From: Trichormus sp. ATA11-4-KO1
Lineage (GTDB): Bacteria > Cyanobacteriota > Cyanobacteriia > Cyanobacteriales > Nostocaceae
NCBI GenBank assembly: GCA_019358915.1
Contig: JAHHIM010000002.1
Span: 1-64,000, forward strand
Direction of reading: 5' to 3'
Length of the DNA: 64,000 nucleotides
The position numbers and the translations under genes were made by a program. Each line of letters opens with the position of its first letter. Position 1 is the stretch's first letter. Shown one piece after another: positions 60,427 to 64,000 of this stretch. The notes beneath the pieces were generated by a model. It was not told where the DNA came from, searched no databases, and saw nothing but the letters and a program-made list of their open reading frames with translations.

Positions 60427-60912
60427 CTACTGAAGACCAGCGATTAGGTAGTCGAAGTAAGTGCTCACTTCGCTAGCGTCTTCTCCTGACAACATTGAGG
60501 TGGCGACATTCTTCATCGCACGGATACCTTCGGCAACAGCTTCAATCGGAGTGCCGAGAGATTTGTACATTTCCCGAGCACCAATAATCCCAACCTCTTG
60601 AATTGGTGTGGACTCACCAGCCACGACACTATAGGTAATCAAGCGCAGGTAGTAATCCATATCACGCAGACAAGTTGCAGTCATTTCCTGACCGTAAGCA
60701 TTGCCACCAGGTGAGATAATATCTGGGCGCTTTTGAAATAGCTGATTTCCAGATTGCTTCACAATAAGCTCCCGGTTTTCAGTTAAGACCTGAACAAGGC
60801 GCAGACGGCGCTCACTACTCTTGACAAAGTTCTTAATCGGCTCCATATCTCCAGGACTGAGATAGCGAGCTTCGGCATCCGCCTTGAGAATCGACTTTAT
60901 AATTAGGCTCAT
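60427..60912 (-). CDS. apcA2: Allophycocyanin alpha-like subunit (stand-alone paralogue)
   Basis: [31 protein letters not shown]; no apcB adjacent. Confidence 0.85.
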   Translation of the reverse strand: MSLIIKSILKADAEARYLSPGDMEPIKNFVKSSERRLRLVQVLTENRELIVKQSGNQLFQKRPDIISPGGNAYGQEMTATCLRDMDYYLRLITYSVVAGESTPIQEVGIIGAREMYKSLGTPIEAVAEGIRAMKNVATSMLSGEDASEVSTYFDYLIAGLQ

Positions 60913-61444
60913 CAACAAATTCCTTCAAAAAATGAAATTATGTTTGCTCTCAGTTAATTTCAAGGTCTACTTAATTAGTAGGCTGAGACAAAAACTACTG
61001 GTAAAGAGCTTACATTTTTTACTCACGACCCGAAACTTTAGACCAACCATCACAAGCAATGAGGCTTTCTTTTATTCTTCTGCGCTTGTGTTTAAGTTAG
61101 ATGTTGCCTAGATGTTGCCAAATAACTTTCAGGCGTTGTGTTTAATATTTCCCAATTCCTGATATTCTTCTCAACTTTTCTATTCAGCAAGAACAGATAA
61201 TTAATTAAATTTTCTTGTATGTTTTAACTATAGCAGTTTTATTTTAGAAAAAAATTATCCAAGTAAAACTCTTTAGTCTTAATCATGGCATAATACTTAG
61301 ATAAAGTTATATTTTTAAAGATAATTTGATACATAAGGTAAATATTTAAAAATTGTCATATGACTTCCAATGTCTACTACATATACATTTCAGCCTAAAA
61401 GTCTAAAAATACACGTTCTTAATCTCAATTAAATCCAAAGATGG

Positions 61445-61575
61445 TAAGTAGGTGGGTGGGAAAATTTATCGCTAGGATAAGGCAGAAGGCAGAAGGCAGG
61501 AGGCAGAAGGGAAGAGGGTTTTAAGCTGATTCATTTTTCTTTACATAGTTGATTTTATTTGTGCCTACCTACTTA
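61445..61575. mobile_element. 131-bp miniature element with GGCAGAA repeats
   Basis: TAAGTAGGT ... ACCTACTTA inverted ends. Confidence 0.65.
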
Positions 61576-62206
61576 GAAATTTATTTTCCGATACTTCATG
61601 AAATGCCTCCACTTCAGAACAAAATGCAGAAGCAATCGAAAACTGCAATTGATGCTTAAGGATTAGTCAAACTATTCTGAATCCCAACTGAATAATCAAA
61701 ATTTACTAATGAGCAAAAAATAAGATGTTTTCTGGGGTAGATTTTTAGAAATTAATTGATTATGCAATCAGAATTGAAAATCTATGACTCTATGTATAAA
61801 ATAGATACAATTATGTCATAATAGACTTTACTACCGATAACAGTGTCATATACATCATTAGCACAGTGTTAATTTCTACCTAAATAGACCCTGAGATAGA
61901 GGATAATATTAATGTTGCAGCTTCTATGATCTCTGCCGCACTAATGTCAAAATATATTAACTAAGATATATTTACATATCTCTCTATCTCATATAAGAAT
62001 AAAGTTATCTAAAGTGTATTTTAAGACATTTATTGTTATAAGTAATGTGCCTTTGTTCTAATTAAGTTAGCTTCTTTATACGAAATGCAAATTTAGTAAT
62101 CTACTAAATACAAAAATTAAGCTACACGGACTAATAAGCAAATTGAAGTAACCCTTTTTCATGCATTTGCTCCACCAAAGTAAACCAAAATTGCACAAAG
62201 ATTTTT

Positions 62207-63796
62207 ATGAAAGCACTATTGATTTATCCTCAATTTCCCCAGTCATTTTGGTCTTACGATCGCTTCATGAAAATCGCCGGACTCAAAGCTGTTTTGCCTC
62301 CGTTGGGAATTATTACAGTAGCAGCACTTCTCCCTCAGGACTGGGAAATTAGATTTTGCGATCGCAATGTCAACTTTGAAACCGAGGCTGATTGGGAGTG
62401 GTGTGACCTAGTAATCCTCTCGGCGATGCTGGTACAAAAGCCAGACTTCCACTCCCTGATTCAAAAAGCAGTGCGCTTAGGCAAAAAAGTCGCAGTCGGT
62501 GGCCCATACCCCACTTCTGTCCCCCAAGATGCCCTTGACTCTGGAGCACATTATCTGGTTTTGGATGAGGGGGAATTAACAGTTCCCCAGTTTCTGGAAG
62601 CCCTCAATCAAGGTAAGGAGCAAGGAATATTTCGCTCTCTGGAAAAACCTGATGTCACTCAAAGCCCAATGCCGCGTTTTGACTTGCTGCAAAGGGATGC
62701 TTACTTGATGATGGCTATCCAGTTTTCTCGCGGTTGTCCCTTCAATTGCGAATTTTGCGACATTATTACACTCTACGGTCGTAAACCACGTACTAAAGAA
62801 CCCCACCAGACCATAGCTGAGTTACAAGCACTTTATGATTTAGGCTGGCGCGGGTCACTCTTCATTGTTGATGATAATTTTATTGGCAATCAGCGTAACG
62901 TCAAACGCTTCTTACGAGAATTGATTCCTTGGGTAAAGCAGCACAATTATCCATTCACCTTCATCACTGAAGCTTCTGTAAATTTGGCAGAAGATGATGA
63001 ACTGTTGCAATTAATGAATGAAGCAGGCTTTTATGCTGTCTTTCTCGGCATTGAAACTCCTGACCAAGATAGCCTGCAAACAACGCAAAAACTGCAAAAC
63101 ACTCGCAATCCGCTCATCGCAGCCTGTCGGAAAATTAATGACGCAGGGATGCTGATATATGCAGGGTTTATCCTGGGTTTTGATGGCGAACGACCAGGTG
63201 CAGGAGAACGCATCCAAGCTTTTGTGGAACAAACCAGTATTCCTCAACCTATGTTGGGTATTCTCCAAGCTTTGCCCAATACGGCTTTATGGAACCGTCT
63301 GCAAAAAGAGCAGCGTTTAGTAGAGGGTGTTGGCGTGACTGAGGTAGGAGACCAGAATAGTTTGATGAATTTTGTCCCCACCCGTCCCGTAGCTGAAATC
63401 GCTAGGGAGTATGCAGAAGGTTTCTGGACATTATATGAACCTAGGAATTATCTCAGACGTTGTTTTCAGCAGTGTCTCAGTATTAACTCGCCAGTGGAAC
63501 GAAAGCAAACTATGCAATTTTCTCCAGGTAAAGGGTTGCGGTTGGTTGCTCAATTAATTTGGTATCAGGGCTTACGACGGTCGGAAATTCGCTGGCAGTT
63601 TTGGCAACAACTATGGACGATTTTGCTGAAAAAACCTCAAGTTTTGAATATGTATTTAGGTCTATGCGCTGCTGGCGAACATTTTTGGGAGTACCGCGCT
63701 TTAGCTAGGCAACGAATTACTCAACAACTAGGCTACGACCCACTGAGAGTTTCTGTGCTACCTGAGCAAGAACCAATGCTGATGAGAAAAAACTAA
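62207..63796 (+). CDS. B12-binding radical SAM protein (HpnP-like, DUF4070)
   Basis: PPLGIITVAA...VAVGGPY B12 domain; RGCPFNCEFC cluster motif; DDNFIGN. Confidence 0.88.
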   Translation: MKALLIYPQFPQSFWSYDRFMKIAGLKAVLPPLGIITVAALLPQDWEIRFCDRNVNFETEADWEWCDLVILSAMLVQKPDFHSLIQKAVRLGKKVAVGGPYPTSVPQDALDSGAHYLVLDEGELTVPQFLEALNQGKEQGIFRSLEKPDVTQSPMPRFDLLQRDAYLMMAIQFSRGCPFNCEFCDIITLYGRKPRTKEPHQTIAELQALYDLGWRGSLFIVDDNFIGNQRNVKRFLRELIPWVKQHNYPFTFITEASVNLAEDDELLQLMNEAGFYAVFLGIETPDQDSLQTTQKLQNTRNPLIAACRKINDAGMLIYAGFILGFDGERPGAGERIQAFVEQTSIPQPMLGILQALPNTALWNRLQKEQRLVEGVGVTEVGDQNSLMNFVPTRPVAEIAREYAEGFWTLYEPRNYLRRCFQQCLSINSPVERKQTMQFSPGKGLRLVAQLIWYQGLRRSEIRWQFWQQLWTILLKKPQVLNMYLGLCAAGEHFWEYRALARQRITQQLGYDPLRVSVLPEQEPMLMRKN

Positions 63797-64000
63797 ACGA
63801 GCAGGTGATCGCATGAAGTACATGACTCTTTGAGCGATCGCTATTAACAAAGCTTATTGCCACAGACATAGTTTAATAGTTCAACATATGTAATAGACAC
63901 TAACAGTTAACAGAGATGGTAGACAATAACCAACTAGAGATACGCCACATTAGTCCTAAAGTCAGAAAGTTGATTAAAATGTACGCTGCTGTTAATAACT

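Noticed and set aside
61794..61808. GTA...TAC palindrome as an NtcA site
   Set aside because: Spacer is 9 nt, not 8

Overview
64-kb window of a heterocyst-forming (Nostocales-type) cyanobacterial chromosome: HIP1 octamers GCGATCGC are frequent and there are 7-bp STRR-type tandem repeats. Core content includes a biliverdin-type phytochrome with response regulator and multi-PAS hybrid kinase, urtABCDE, ftrC-DUF309-lptAB-lptF/G, chlP, cysA, an Sfp-type PPTase, argF, lexA, znuACB/smtB/porin, rqcH, a sucrose-phosphate synthase, apcA2 and a B12 radical SAM enzyme. There are three tRNA genes (Gly-CCC, Thr-UGU, Phe-GAA). Accessory content includes a complete IS630, an IS1634 remnant, several MITE families, two toxin-antitoxin pairs, a Uma2 nuclease, a PEP-CTERM pair and a small islet at the tRNA-Phe 3' end. 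The most interesting locus is lexA, an SF2 helicase, an unannotated 57-aa protein and a CxC/DndD-like coiled-coil ABC ATPase, with no dnd modification genes beside it. Three real-looking small ORFs are missing from the ORF track (57 aa, a 59-aa HLIP, a 35-aa Lys-rich peptide). I also found a probable sRNA at 54.3-54.4 kb and an integron-cassette-like signature around an AlkD-like gene. All calls come from reading motifs by eye; no searches were run.
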